A stretch of 64,000 bases of DNA from Syntrophomonadaceae bacterium. Its GTDB lineage: Bacteria > Bacillota > Ch66 > Ch109. The DNA lies in assembly GCA_012519455.1 (NCBI GenBank), contig JAAYQE010000119.1:159-64158 (forward strand), read 5' to 3'. Shown one piece after another: positions 32,965-42,053 of this stretch (position 1 is its first letter; the number at the start of each line of letters is the position of its first letter). A model generated the notes under the pieces. It was not told the origin of the DNA, did not search any database, and worked only from the letters and a program-made list of their open reading frames with translations. The translations under genes and the position numbers were made by a program.

Positions 32965-35049
32965 TTAACTGCGACCCACCAATCCCATCCGGTTGACGAT
33001 TACATCCACCATTTCATCTAACGTCGTAATTAAACGAGCAGCTGCATTATAGGCATGTCCGAACTTGACCATGTTGGTCATCTCTTCGTCTAGAGAAACC
33101 GAAGAAACGGACTGCCTTAAGGCATCGATCTGCTGTAATAACAATTCCTGATTCTGGGCCATACGCTTGGCTTCTTGAGTATCCACCCCCAGCTTACCCA
33201 CTGTAGAGCGGATAAAATCATTAAAAGTCGCTTCGCGCTCACCCATAGTTAATTTGTGCTTTAACTGAGCGATATTCAAAGCATTGTCCCCGTTACCGGG
33301 TTTTCCCGGTTCCATCGAAGCTGCAATGCGTTTCAAGCCATCTTCCCCCATCAATCCCTCATTCATCGCTAGAATCGCATTGAGGTTATCGGGATTTACC
33401 TCATTAAAAAAATTCTGATTCCCTAAGCGGGCCTGATTATTTTCCTCTGCAACCGTAAAACTCCAGCTATCTCCTCCATTTATTACCCCGGTAAGCTTAA
33501 AAGAAAATCCTCCGTAATCAAAGGTTTCGTTCTTCGCTTTAGTTTCCACCGGCATCCATACCCCGGCACGTCCAGTAATACTAAAATCATCTACATAACG
33601 GTAGACCGTATAATGGTCCGCGGTGTTATCCATTTGCACCAGATACCGACCCGTCTTCACCTCTGAAGCTGCCGGATCCGCAGTAAATTCCAGGGCTTCC
33701 GCTTCCCCTTGCAAAGCCTGCACCTGATTAGAAACGAGGCCGAATCCCTCCCGATGCAGCTCGTTCACCCGCCAAACCGTTTGATAAGTTAATAAATCGA
33801 GCTGGTTCAAATAATAGGGTATTTCCATATCCCGGGACTCTAAAATAGCCCGTAGCTCTCCGCCCCAAATATCCCCGCCGGTACCCACAATTAATTTTTC
33901 CTCGGTTCGTTCCCAGTATAAATCATGGATAACTACTCCTCTTTCGGTTCCTTTAGATACCTCGAAAGTCCAGGTGTCTCCAGGTTCCGCAGTTCCCGAT
34001 ACCGTAAACGATAAACCGTTGGCCATAAACAAATTGCCCAGGCTGCCTTGACCCACTTTCTCCCAAGTACGCCCTAAATCTGAACCGGTTGCATCTTCCC
34101 AGTACCGATATACCGTATAATTCCCGACGTCATCATCCATTTGCACCACATACTTTCCCGGTTCAGCGTTATATCTAGTTGTGATCGAGGACCAAGCGGC
34201 GTTCTCGCCCCCTTCTACCGCCCTAACCTGCCGGGTAACTCCCAGGTCATCGATATATTCTTCGACCACTACCTCTTCGCGGGCCCTAACCATAAGCTTG
34301 TTTATGGTTAAACCATCCACCAAATCGTAGTCCCCAATACTGACCCGAATCTGCCCCAAGTCTCCCTCGGTTACCCGAATATTTACCAATTTAGCCAGTT
34401 TATCTAACAATAAATCCCGTTTGTCCCGCAAGTCGTTAGCTATGCCGCCACCAATTTCTAAGTCCTGAATCTGCTCGTTCAAATCGCGGATTTGCTGACC
34501 CAAAGTATTAATCTCGTCTTTCTTGATCTGTAAAATTTGATTTAACTCCATCCGGTCATCCTTAAACTGCGTATACATCTGATTCAGAGTGCTGGCCAAT
34601 ACACTGCCTCTTTGCCGAACAATAGCTCGTACGGTTAAACTTTCCGGCGCCTTATTTAATTCCTGCCAAGATTGCCAAAAAAGATCGTAAACCGTGCTTA
34701 TTCCAGATTCAGTCCCCTCATTAAAGACTAACTCCAGTTTGGATAATTGTTCACTGCGCTGTTCCCAGTTACCCAGGTGAATATTTTGATCCCGAAACTG
34801 CTTATCATAAAACAAATTGCGCATACGTAAAATATCCTGTACCCTTACCCCGGTTCCGGTCAGGCCATTTAGGGAAGGCCGATTGAGGCTAGGTACGTTA
34901 TCCGGATAAGAGGTGACTAAAATTCCTTCCTGCCGGCTAAATCCCGGGGTATTCACGTTAGCAATATTATGCCCGGTTACATCCAAAGCTCGCTGCTGGG
35001 TTTGAACTGCCCTCCGTCCAATTTCCAAACCAAAAAAAGTCGACCGCAC
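32965..35049 (-). CDS. flgK: Flagellar hook-associated protein 1 (FlgK)
   Basis: Start set at GTG (35049) giving VRSTFFGLEIGRRA..., with AGGAG upstream. This avoids overlap with the flgN stop at 35066. C-terminal flagellar rod/hook motif. Confidence 0.85.
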   Translation of the reverse strand: MRSTFFGLEIGRRAVQTQQRALDVTGHNIANVNTPGFSRQEGILVTSYPDNVPSLNRPSLNGLTGTGVRVQDILRMRNLFYDKQFRDQNIHLGNWEQRSEQLSKLELVFNEGTESGISTVYDLFWQSWQELNKAPESLTVRAIVRQRGSVLASTLNQMYTQFKDDRMELNQILQIKKDEINTLGQQIRDLNEQIQDLEIGGGIANDLRDKRDLLLDKLAKLVNIRVTEGDLGQIRVSIGDYDLVDGLTINKLMVRAREEVVVEEYIDDLGVTRQVRAVEGGENAAWSSITTRYNAEPGKYVVQMDDDVGNYTVYRYWEDATGSDLGRTWEKVGQGSLGNLFMANGLSFTVSGTAEPGDTWTFEVSKGTERGVVIHDLYWERTEEKLIVGTGGDIWGGELRAILESRDMEIPYYLNQLDLLTYQTVWRVNELHREGFGLVSNQVQALQGEAEALEFTADPAASEVKTGRYLVQMDNTADHYTVYRYVDDFSITGRAGVWMPVETKAKNETFDYGGFSFKLTGVINGGDSWSFTVAEENNQARLGNQNFFNEVNPDNLNAILAMNEGLMGEDGLKRIAASMEPGKPGNGDNALNIAQLKHKLTMGEREATFNDFIRSTVGKLGVDTQEAKRMAQNQELLLQQIDALRQSVSSVSLDEEMTNMVKFGHAYNAAARLITTLDEMVDVIVNRMGLVGRS

Positions 35050-35065
35050 GCTGCTTTCACTCCTA

Positions 35066-35599
35066 TCAAGCTTTCTTGTCAAAAATACGCGCTCGCTCTT
35101 GCCCCGGGGATAAAACTTCCGAACCTTTTTGACCATACACCGAAGAATTATTCCCGACCTGCGTTAATAAATGGACCGTAAAATCCAGGTATTGCAAAGA
35201 ATGCTCAATTAAACTTAAATTCTGCTGATTCAACTGGTTTATAGCCGTGACTACTTTAAAGAGTTGCTCCCCGGTTTGCTGCAAAGCCTCCGCCGGATCA
35301 CCTAGACTTTCCCTTAACCGGGTAAGGGTTAACGCTTGTGACTCCACCCCTAACTCCCGGGCAATTTTAAGCTGTAATTGTCCGCGTTGTGTTTCCAGCT
35401 TCCCCGCTTCCATGACCAGAAGTTCCTCGGTCTTGACTAAACGCTCTAACTCACTTAAATTATTTTCCATAAGCACCCGTTGTTTCTGCTCTGCTATTTC
35501 TAGCAAATGTTGATAAATTCGTACCTGCTCCGCTAAATTCTGCTGCATTAACTCTAGCTGGGAACTAACGGCTACCATTGTGTTTTGATCTGTTGCCAT
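35066..35599 (-). CDS. flgN: Flagellar export chaperone FlgN-family protein
   Basis: FlgN-like coiled-coil protein. Start at the ATG (35599) with AAGGAGG 8 nt upstream. Position matches yvyG/flgN. Confidence 0.7.
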   Translation of the reverse strand: MATDQNTMVAVSSQLELMQQNLAEQVRIYQHLLEIAEQKQRVLMENNLSELERLVKTEELLVMEAGKLETQRGQLQLKIARELGVESQALTLTRLRESLGDPAEALQQTGEQLFKVVTAINQLNQQNLSLIEHSLQYLDFTVHLLTQVGNNSSVYGQKGSEVLSPGQERARIFDKKA

Positions 35600-35731
35600 C
35601 CGGGATTCCTCCTTCATGCCGTAAGCACCATGGTAAAAGTCGTATAAATAAAAACCCGAAAGTCTACAACTTCGGGTTCAACCTCCAATCCCTTCCCAGT
35701 ATTAATAAATCAATAAAATATAATGCTATGC

Positions 35732-36019
35732 TTACTCAATCTCCCGTAAAATGGCTTCGGCGATCTGGGAACTGGAAACTTGATATTTACCCTTTTGAAT
35801 GGCTTCCTTCAAGGCCTCTACCTTATCGGTTCGAATCTCTGGTACGTTCTTTAAAGCTTGAAGGGCTACCTGTAATCCTTTTGCCTGGTCCGATAAATCT
35901 ACTTTATCCACTTCACTTCCCCGAAAACTAGATGACACTTTTACACGAGACGAAGGTTCAATTTTATTCTGACTGTACACCCGGTGTAAACCCTCCACTG
36001 GTTTATAGGTAATCACCAT
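35732..36019 (-). CDS. flgM: Anti-sigma-28 factor FlgM
   Basis: 95 aa. C-terminal ...KVEALKEAIQKGKYQV...IAEAIL is typical of FlgM. Confidence 0.75.
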   Translation of the reverse strand: MVITYKPVEGLHRVYSQNKIEPSSRVKVSSSFRGSEVDKVDLSDQAKGLQVALQALKNVPEIRTDKVEALKEAIQKGKYQVSSSQIAEAILREIE

Positions 36020-36244
36020 TTTAATCCCTCCTCGTCTCGGTGATCTTCATACCCATTTTGACGCCGAGCATTACCTCTGCTTCAAACCCCTACTACTAAC
36101 TTCTTCGAAATCCCAAACCAAGATAATTAAGACCTTGAAGCCAAATTATCACCTGTATGCTTATTATTACTCCCTATTTCTTAATTATATTCTAAACTTT
36201 ATCTATGCTTAATTCTCAACTTTAAAATGATGAGGAGGCCCGGT

Positions 36245-36664
36245 TTACCTTTTTCGTGGTCCGGCCGTATGCATCCGCTCTTTGCGGGTTGAGGATAACG
36301 ATAAATTATCGATCTGAGGTTTCCTTTCCCCCACTTTTTGCTCAAACTTAGCGGCTAGATTAGAACGACATTTTTCGCACAAACGACCGGAGTCTATCGG
36401 GGCCCCACAGCTCCCACAAGTTAAAGCTCCGTCCAGCTCCAATCCTTTTACAATTAATTTACCGCTACGCAGAAAACGAATAATTTTTTCAACTGCTATT
36501 CCGGTTGCCTCACTAACCTCGGGTATGCTTTTTCCTTCATTATCCCGAACATAGGCCCGAACTATCTCAAACTCCTTCTCTTCCGCCTCAATACAAGCAG
36601 GACATAGATAGCGATTCACATAACGAAACAGTTTACCGCACTGCGGACAATTTCGAAAATCCAT
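36245..36664 (-). CDS. YvyF-like flagellar-operon zinc-ribbon protein
   Basis: 139 aa. N-terminal CPQCGK...CPAC and C-terminal CGSCGAP...CEKC zinc ribbons. Synteny with yvyF. Confidence 0.65.
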   Translation of the reverse strand: MDFRNCPQCGKLFRYVNRYLCPACIEAEEKEFEIVRAYVRDNEGKSIPEVSEATGIAVEKIIRFLRSGKLIVKGLELDGALTCGSCGAPIDSGRLCEKCRSNLAAKFEQKVGERKPQIDNLSLSSTRKERMHTAGPRKR

Positions 36665-36754
36665 TTCTTGGCCCCCCTTTATATTTTAGATTTCTGGTAA
36701 CATTGTACCGAAAAAACTACCATTTATCCAGGTTAACTTACGCTTTCTACTTAA

Positions 36755-37534
36755 TCACACGACAATCACCCGACCAGTCGCTACGGTGGCCACCTGCACC
36801 GGGCCACTACCGGCTTGCTGTAATACCCGCGCACATTCTCCGCAGGTAATACCGCTGGTTAACACATCATCAATTAGAAGAATCGGCTGACCGCGTACCC
36901 GCTCCGGCTGCTGAGCTCGAAAAACTCCTGATTGAATATTACTTAACCGTTCACGTCGCCCCAATCGAGCCTGGGGAGGAGTATGGACCACCCGCATCAA
37001 AACCTCTCTTCCCCATTCCCAGTTTAATTCCTGGGCCACCACCTCCGCCAGTAGTTCCGCCTGATTAAAACCGCGTTCAAAAGCCCGCTTAGGATGCAGC
37101 GGCACTGGTACCACCAGCGCTGGTTCAATTCACAACTCTTCTTTTATCACCCCGGCCAATAATTTACCCAAAGGACGAGCCAGAGTAATCTTACCCTGGT
37201 ACTTAAACGCATGGATCGCCTCACGCAGCAAACCTTCATAAAGGCCGATCGCCCGCGCTCGAGAAAATAAGGGCGGATGATTTTGACATTCCCTGCAGTA
37301 AAAAGCCAATTCAGGTCGCGGTCTCTGACTAAAAGCACCATGATTTTCCGCCTCGTACCGGCCACAGCATTCGCAGATACTTTGTGTCCTTCGCGCTCCT
37401 AAACGCTCCACGCATCTAAAACAAACGACCGCTCCAGGATAACGACCGATAGACCAGGACCGGCCGCATAACGGACATTCCTCCGGCCGGGGATAAACTA
37501 AATCCAAAAACGTATTCCAAATCCATTTAAACAT
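36755..37534 (-). pseudogene. comFC: comFC (ComF-family phosphoribosyltransferase competence protein) interrupted by an in-frame TGA at 37130-37132
   Basis: The N-terminal zinc-finger part (CPLCGR...CFRCV...CECCGR...CREC) ends ...GVIKEEL*. The same frame continues as IEPALVVPVPLHPKRAFERGFNQAELLA... (PRT-domain core) from GTG at 37114. The two ORF-track fragments are in one frame, separated only by the TGA. Confidence 0.8.
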
Positions 37535-37538
37535 ACAC

Positions 37539-39671
37539 CTATGCCTCCCCCCCTATAAACCCCTGCGCTCGTGCTACTTGATTCATCCTCTGAATTTGGG
37601 CGAGAGCGGACCGCATGGCCGGAGTAATTCGGGTTCCAACCAGCCAAACTTTTCCCCATGGATAAACCTCAGTGCGTCCGGCCCGACCGGCCATCTGGAT
37701 CAAAGTCCCGGCGTCAAAGATTTTTTCCGCATCCGCCAATAGCACCATTACGTTAACCTGGGAAATGGTAATTCCGCGTTCCAGGATCGTCGTAGTCACC
37801 AGCACCGGAAAACGGCCCCGGGCAAATTCTCCCCGTTTCCAATCGCGTTGGGGGTCTTTAGCGTGACAAAATTCGGCCCAACGTTTGGAACCCGAAGCCG
37901 ATTCCGCCCCCCACCACGGTTCCACCAAATTGAACGGCGCCTCCTGAGTCGCACGATTAACTAAACTGGCTACTCGTTCCGCCAGTTGAACCGAAGGTAC
38001 AAAAATAAATAATTGTACCTGATCTACCGCCACAGTCTGATAAAGCAACTGGATTACGGATGAAGGCAAGGTCCAACGTTGATCACCCTTAGGATAACGA
38101 AGCTGCCGGTCCTCTACCAATTCTGGTTCCGGCACCGGGTAACCATGATAACGCGCTGGAATATAAATCAAGCCCATCTTACCCTCTAGGGCTTGTTTTT
38201 GCCTCGACTCCTCTGGGGTAGCGGTTAAATATATTATTTTCCCCCCGGGCTTCCGTGCCCGCTGGACCGCATAATGCAACATCGGACTCTCGGCGTAAGG
38301 ATAAGCATCTACTTCATCCAAAATTACCAGCTCAAACTGATGATAAAAACGTAAAGTCTGATGCGTAGTGGACACATAAATATCCGCCTCTCCAAAACGC
38401 TGCTCACTTCCTCCGTAGAGAGCTAGTACCCGATAGCCTGAAAAAGCCTCCTGTATCCTCGGTGCCAACTCCCTCACTACTTCCCGGCGAGGTATGGCGT
38501 ACAGTACTCGGGCTCCCCGGGACAAGGCCCCGGCTAGGGCTGAAAAGGTAACCTCAGTTTTACCGGCTCCACAAACCGCCCAGACCAGGCATTCCGAAAG
38601 TGGGCTATCTTCCACAAACTGTTTCACCGCTACAGCTGCCTGTTGCTGTGCGTCGGTTAGGGAAAAATGTAGCTTAACAGCTGGGACCACGTTTGGCACC
38701 GGTGCTGGGGTGAGGGATACCCCGGGCAAGGTGTAAAAGGGCATACATTCCCGGGACAGCCCCATGGTCCGACAATCTTCACAGCATCCACAACCCGATC
38801 GGCCACATAAAGGACAAACCGTAAACGTAATTCGCCCAGCTTGTCCACAGCGGTTACAAACCAAACACCCAGATTTATCCCGACCCACGGCCGGCAAGAG
38901 ATGGGACTTCCCCTGTAACGCCTGCGCCTGATAAAAATTTTGCACCTTTTCTGGGATCCACTTAGAAGCAACAGATTCCTCTTCCTGGGTTAAAAACCAA
39001 TTACTAAGTGGTTCGGGTAAACGAGAAGCATTTTCAGCCAAAAAAGCTCTAATTTCTCGCGGTAACAGAGCGCGCCCGGCTAATAGCGTACCTAACGGCT
39101 GATCTTCATCGTTCGCTTCCCGTTGCTTCGTCTCCCGGACTTCACGATCCTCCAACCAACCAGAGGCCTTTAAAATCCGCAACTTAAAACCTGATTCCTT
39201 AAATGCAACCGGGCGGGCTTCGGGTGCCAGTCTTTGTAGGGCTTTGTGTGCATGTTGCCAGCGCTGCAAGAGCAAGTAATCCAAGAACTGGGAACCGGTA
39301 TTCACTGGAGGCTCAACGACCTCCCCGACGCCCCCCTTTGCGCTTCCCGACCCTCCCTGTATCCATTCCAGCAGCACCTGCCATAGCCGACGCAGGTATT
39401 CCCATCCCCTTACGCGTTCCTGAAAGGGCCTAACCCCAGGGGCCTCGGTTAAGCTTACCCCGACCCGTTCCTCTCGGGTTGATATGGACTGCAACACATA
39501 ATAAGCCAAACCAATCGGCAAAGGCGGCGTTAAAAGGGCTAAACGCTCCAGGCCTTGATCCCGCTTAAGTATTTCTAGATCAAACTCCGGTCGATGACTG
39601 AAAAACAAACGATAATACGTCTGATTCCAGGCTAAATAAACCTGATAAGGAACATAATTATTGATAAGCAT
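37539..39671 (-). CDS. comFA: ComFA-like DEAD/DEAH-box helicase with zinc finger and an N-terminal extension of about 270 aa
   Basis: Zinc finger CNRCGQ...CPLCGRSGCGCCEDC, Walker A VWAVCGAGKTEV, DEAD-like ILDEVDAY, and a helicase C-domain. Lies directly upstream of comFC. Confidence 0.75.
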   Translation of the reverse strand: MLINNYVPYQVYLAWNQTYYRLFFSHRPEFDLEILKRDQGLERLALLTPPLPIGLAYYVLQSISTREERVGVSLTEAPGVRPFQERVRGWEYLRRLWQVLLEWIQGGSGSAKGGVGEVVEPPVNTGSQFLDYLLLQRWQHAHKALQRLAPEARPVAFKESGFKLRILKASGWLEDREVRETKQREANDEDQPLGTLLAGRALLPREIRAFLAENASRLPEPLSNWFLTQEEESVASKWIPEKVQNFYQAQALQGKSHLLPAVGRDKSGCLVCNRCGQAGRITFTVCPLCGRSGCGCCEDCRTMGLSRECMPFYTLPGVSLTPAPVPNVVPAVKLHFSLTDAQQQAAVAVKQFVEDSPLSECLVWAVCGAGKTEVTFSALAGALSRGARVLYAIPRREVVRELAPRIQEAFSGYRVLALYGGSEQRFGEADIYVSTTHQTLRFYHQFELVILDEVDAYPYAESPMLHYAVQRARKPGGKIIYLTATPEESRQKQALEGKMGLIYIPARYHGYPVPEPELVEDRQLRYPKGDQRWTLPSSVIQLLYQTVAVDQVQLFIFVPSVQLAERVASLVNRATQEAPFNLVEPWWGAESASGSKRWAEFCHAKDPQRDWKRGEFARGRFPVLVTTTILERGITISQVNVMVLLADAEKIFDAGTLIQMAGRAGRTEVYPWGKVWLVGTRITPAMRSALAQIQRMNQVARAQGFIGGEA

Positions 39672-39827
39672 CGTTATTTCACCTGGAATTAATTATACTC
39701 AATTCCGTCTAGAGCTTAAACCAGCCTTTTCCCATCTAGACAAAAGAAAAAAGCCTGACCGTATAAGAGTCGTATTCTTACCCGGACAACAGGCTTTTAA
39801 TTTTAACCGCTCCGCTTAACCCCCTGG

Positions 39828-40592
39828 CTAGCCCATTTTAGCCAGTTGTTCGTGTAAATATTCGTTCAATACTTTGATATAAGTACCCTTCATGCCTAAA
39901 GAACGGGCTTGAATGACCCCAGCACTTTCCAGCTTGCGTAAAGCATTAACAATCACCGAACGCGTTAACATATACTTATCCGCCAGACGTATCGCCACTA
40001 CAAAACCTTCGTCTCCCTCTAATTCTTTAAAAATATACTTAACCGCTTCAATCTCCGAATAAGAAAGCACGGCTAAGGCTTGGGCTACAGCATCTTTTTT
40101 TCGATTTATTTTTTCCGCTTGTTCCGACAGGAAACGCAAAATCTGCAAACCAATAACCGTTGCCCCTACCTCAGCTAAAATAATCGCCGACGTTGAAAAC
40201 TCCTCCGGTTTGGCCAACACTACGGTACCCAGCCGAAGCGGCCCCCCATAGATTGGAATAACAGTTAACAAAGTCTCCGGTGCTACGCGACAACCCACTC
40301 CAGTCTCAAAAAAACTAGCCAGCCATTCTAGATACTCTTCAGTTAAAATTGTCTCACTCAGTTGCCGTCCACCTATCATAGGCTGTGATAATCCGGGGTA
40401 ATTACAGCTACCCAAGATTTCACCCTTCTCACCAATAATACAAACATGACTTTCGGTGAGTCGAGACAAACTACTAGATAATTCTTCAAAATCAGGAGGA
40501 TTATCTGATTGGCGCTGTACTAACTGATTCAGGAGTCTGGTCTTCCCTAATAGAACCTCTAGTTCGTTCAAGATCAGATTCTCCTTTCTCAA
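39828..40592 (-). CDS. codY: GTP-sensing pleiotropic repressor CodY
   Basis: 254 aa. GAF-like N-terminus and the C-terminal HTH ...RSVIVNALRKLESAGVIQARSLGMKGTYIKV. Confidence 0.9.
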   Translation of the reverse strand: MRKENLILNELEVLLGKTRLLNQLVQRQSDNPPDFEELSSSLSRLTESHVCIIGEKGEILGSCNYPGLSQPMIGGRQLSETILTEEYLEWLASFFETGVGCRVAPETLLTVIPIYGGPLRLGTVVLAKPEEFSTSAIILAEVGATVIGLQILRFLSEQAEKINRKKDAVAQALAVLSYSEIEAVKYIFKELEGDEGFVVAIRLADKYMLTRSVIVNALRKLESAGVIQARSLGMKGTYIKVLNEYLHEQLAKMG

Positions 40593-40730
40593 AATTTATG
40601 AACCATTTATTATAGTATGAATATTTCAACAGCGAGTATCAGGTTTCCTGCCTAAATTAAAATTTTATTAAAAAAAGTATAAAATTTTGTCATTAGTGGA
40701 TACAATACCTGTAATTTTGCGGTTATTTCA

Positions 40731-41171
40731 TCAATAATTAACCGTCGCTTTTCTCTGGCGACGGTTGATGGGGATCAAAGGCCGAATTAATTGGCGTAGA
40801 TCAATTTGGTGAATAACCGGGTCCGAATCCAACCAGCAAATTTCTTCTATCCCTTTACCGCTTTTACCTGGTTCGTCCCCTTCTGCTACAAGACTTAAAT
40901 AAAAATCCTGCTTTTGACGCCAAAGACGCTGTAAGATCTCCACGGTCTGATCATTTGAACCGCAGTCAACCACCACCAGTTCATCAAAGGCACAAAAACT
41001 ACGTTGTAATCGACGTAAGCGCCAAATAATTTCTTCGATAATTTCATCCTGGTTCCGTACCATCACTACCCAAACCACGGAGCGACGTCTTTTTTTTATT
41101 TTCTGCCGACTCCATACTAGTCCCCATAAGAGAACCACTACGATTATTACCCCCGAAAATAACCATACCAT
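40731..41171 (-). CDS. Small membrane-anchored protein with a truncated glycosyltransferase-family-2-like nucleotide-binding fold
   Basis: N-terminal TM helix, then VVWVVMVRNQDEIIEEII...FDELVVVDCGSNDQTVEIL...ICWLDSD. This resembles the first half of a GT2 domain. Only 146 aa. Confidence 0.45.
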   Translation of the reverse strand: MVWLFSGVIIVVVLLWGLVWSRQKIKKRRRSVVWVVMVRNQDEIIEEIIWRLRRLQRSFCAFDELVVVDCGSNDQTVEILQRLWRQKQDFYLSLVAEGDEPGKSGKGIEEICWLDSDPVIHQIDLRQLIRPLIPINRRQRKATVNY

Positions 41172-41243
41172 ACGGGATACCCCCCGCGATTAATTATTTC
41201 TTCTATAAAATATGCATTAACCACAGGCCGGGGTGTCTTATAT

Positions 41244-41921
41244 CTATAATTCCACCATTTTACTTTTAATGGCGTAAATCGCGGCTTGGGTACGGTCATT
41301 AACGTGTAGTTTACGTAAAATACTAGTTATATGGTTTTTAACCGTTTTTTCACTGATATAAAGGCGCTGCGCAATCTCGCGATTCGCTTGACCTCGGGCA
41401 ATCAACTCCAATACTTCTTTTTCTCTTTGGGTTAAAAGATTTATGCAACTACCATTAGTACCCTGTTTAGACAGTCGGGCAAACTCGCCCAGCAATTTCC
41501 CAGTAACCCGCGGATGAATAATGGACCGACCCTTATGTACATCAATAATGGCCTGAATCAAGTCTTCGGCATTAACATCTTTTAATATATAAGCGGATAC
41601 CCCCGCTCGAATCACCTCAAAAACCCGATCATCATCATAAACCGTTAAGGCTATAATCCGTATATCCGGAAATTCCTGATTAATCATCCGGCTAGCCGTT
41701 ATCCCATCGGTTTTTGGCATATTGATATCCATTAAAACTACGTCGGGCTGCAATTGACGAACTAAATTTACCGCCGTTTGACCATCCTCTGCTTCACCAA
41801 CCACTTGAATCCGTGGTTCCAACTCTAATACCCTGGCCAGTCCCTGCCTGACCAGGGCGTGATCATCTACAATACACACCCGAATCTCATCCAAGGTCCA
41901 GGCCCTCCCCTCAATTACCAT
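41244..41921 (-). CDS. degU: DegU-like NarL/FixJ-family response regulator
   Basis: Receiver domain (IVDDH...VVLMDINMP) plus LuxR HTH (LTQREKEVLELIARGQANREIAQRLYISEKTVKNHITSILRKLHVNDRTQA). Collinear with B. subtilis DegU as recalled. Confidence 0.8.
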   Translation of the reverse strand: MVIEGRAWTLDEIRVCIVDDHALVRQGLARVLELEPRIQVVGEAEDGQTAVNLVRQLQPDVVLMDINMPKTDGITASRMINQEFPDIRIIALTVYDDDRVFEVIRAGVSAYILKDVNAEDLIQAIIDVHKGRSIIHPRVTGKLLGEFARLSKQGTNGSCINLLTQREKEVLELIARGQANREIAQRLYISEKTVKNHITSILRKLHVNDRTQAAIYAIKSKMVEL

Positions 41922-42053
41922 CCTACTATATCCTATCCGATTACCTAAAATTTACTTCATTTTTCCATAAAAAAATCGAAGTATTCTCGATACTTCGACA
42001 TCAATTAGCATTTTTCCTTCTATTTACGGGTTTTTCTATAAACCGTTTCTTGT

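Noticed and set aside
37130-37132. Considered an alternative genetic code (TGA as a sense codon) to explain the comFC TGA
   Set aside because: TGA terminates whiA (10444-10446), flgN (35066-35068) and uvrA (21903-21905) exactly where those gene models are expected to end, so the standard code applies.
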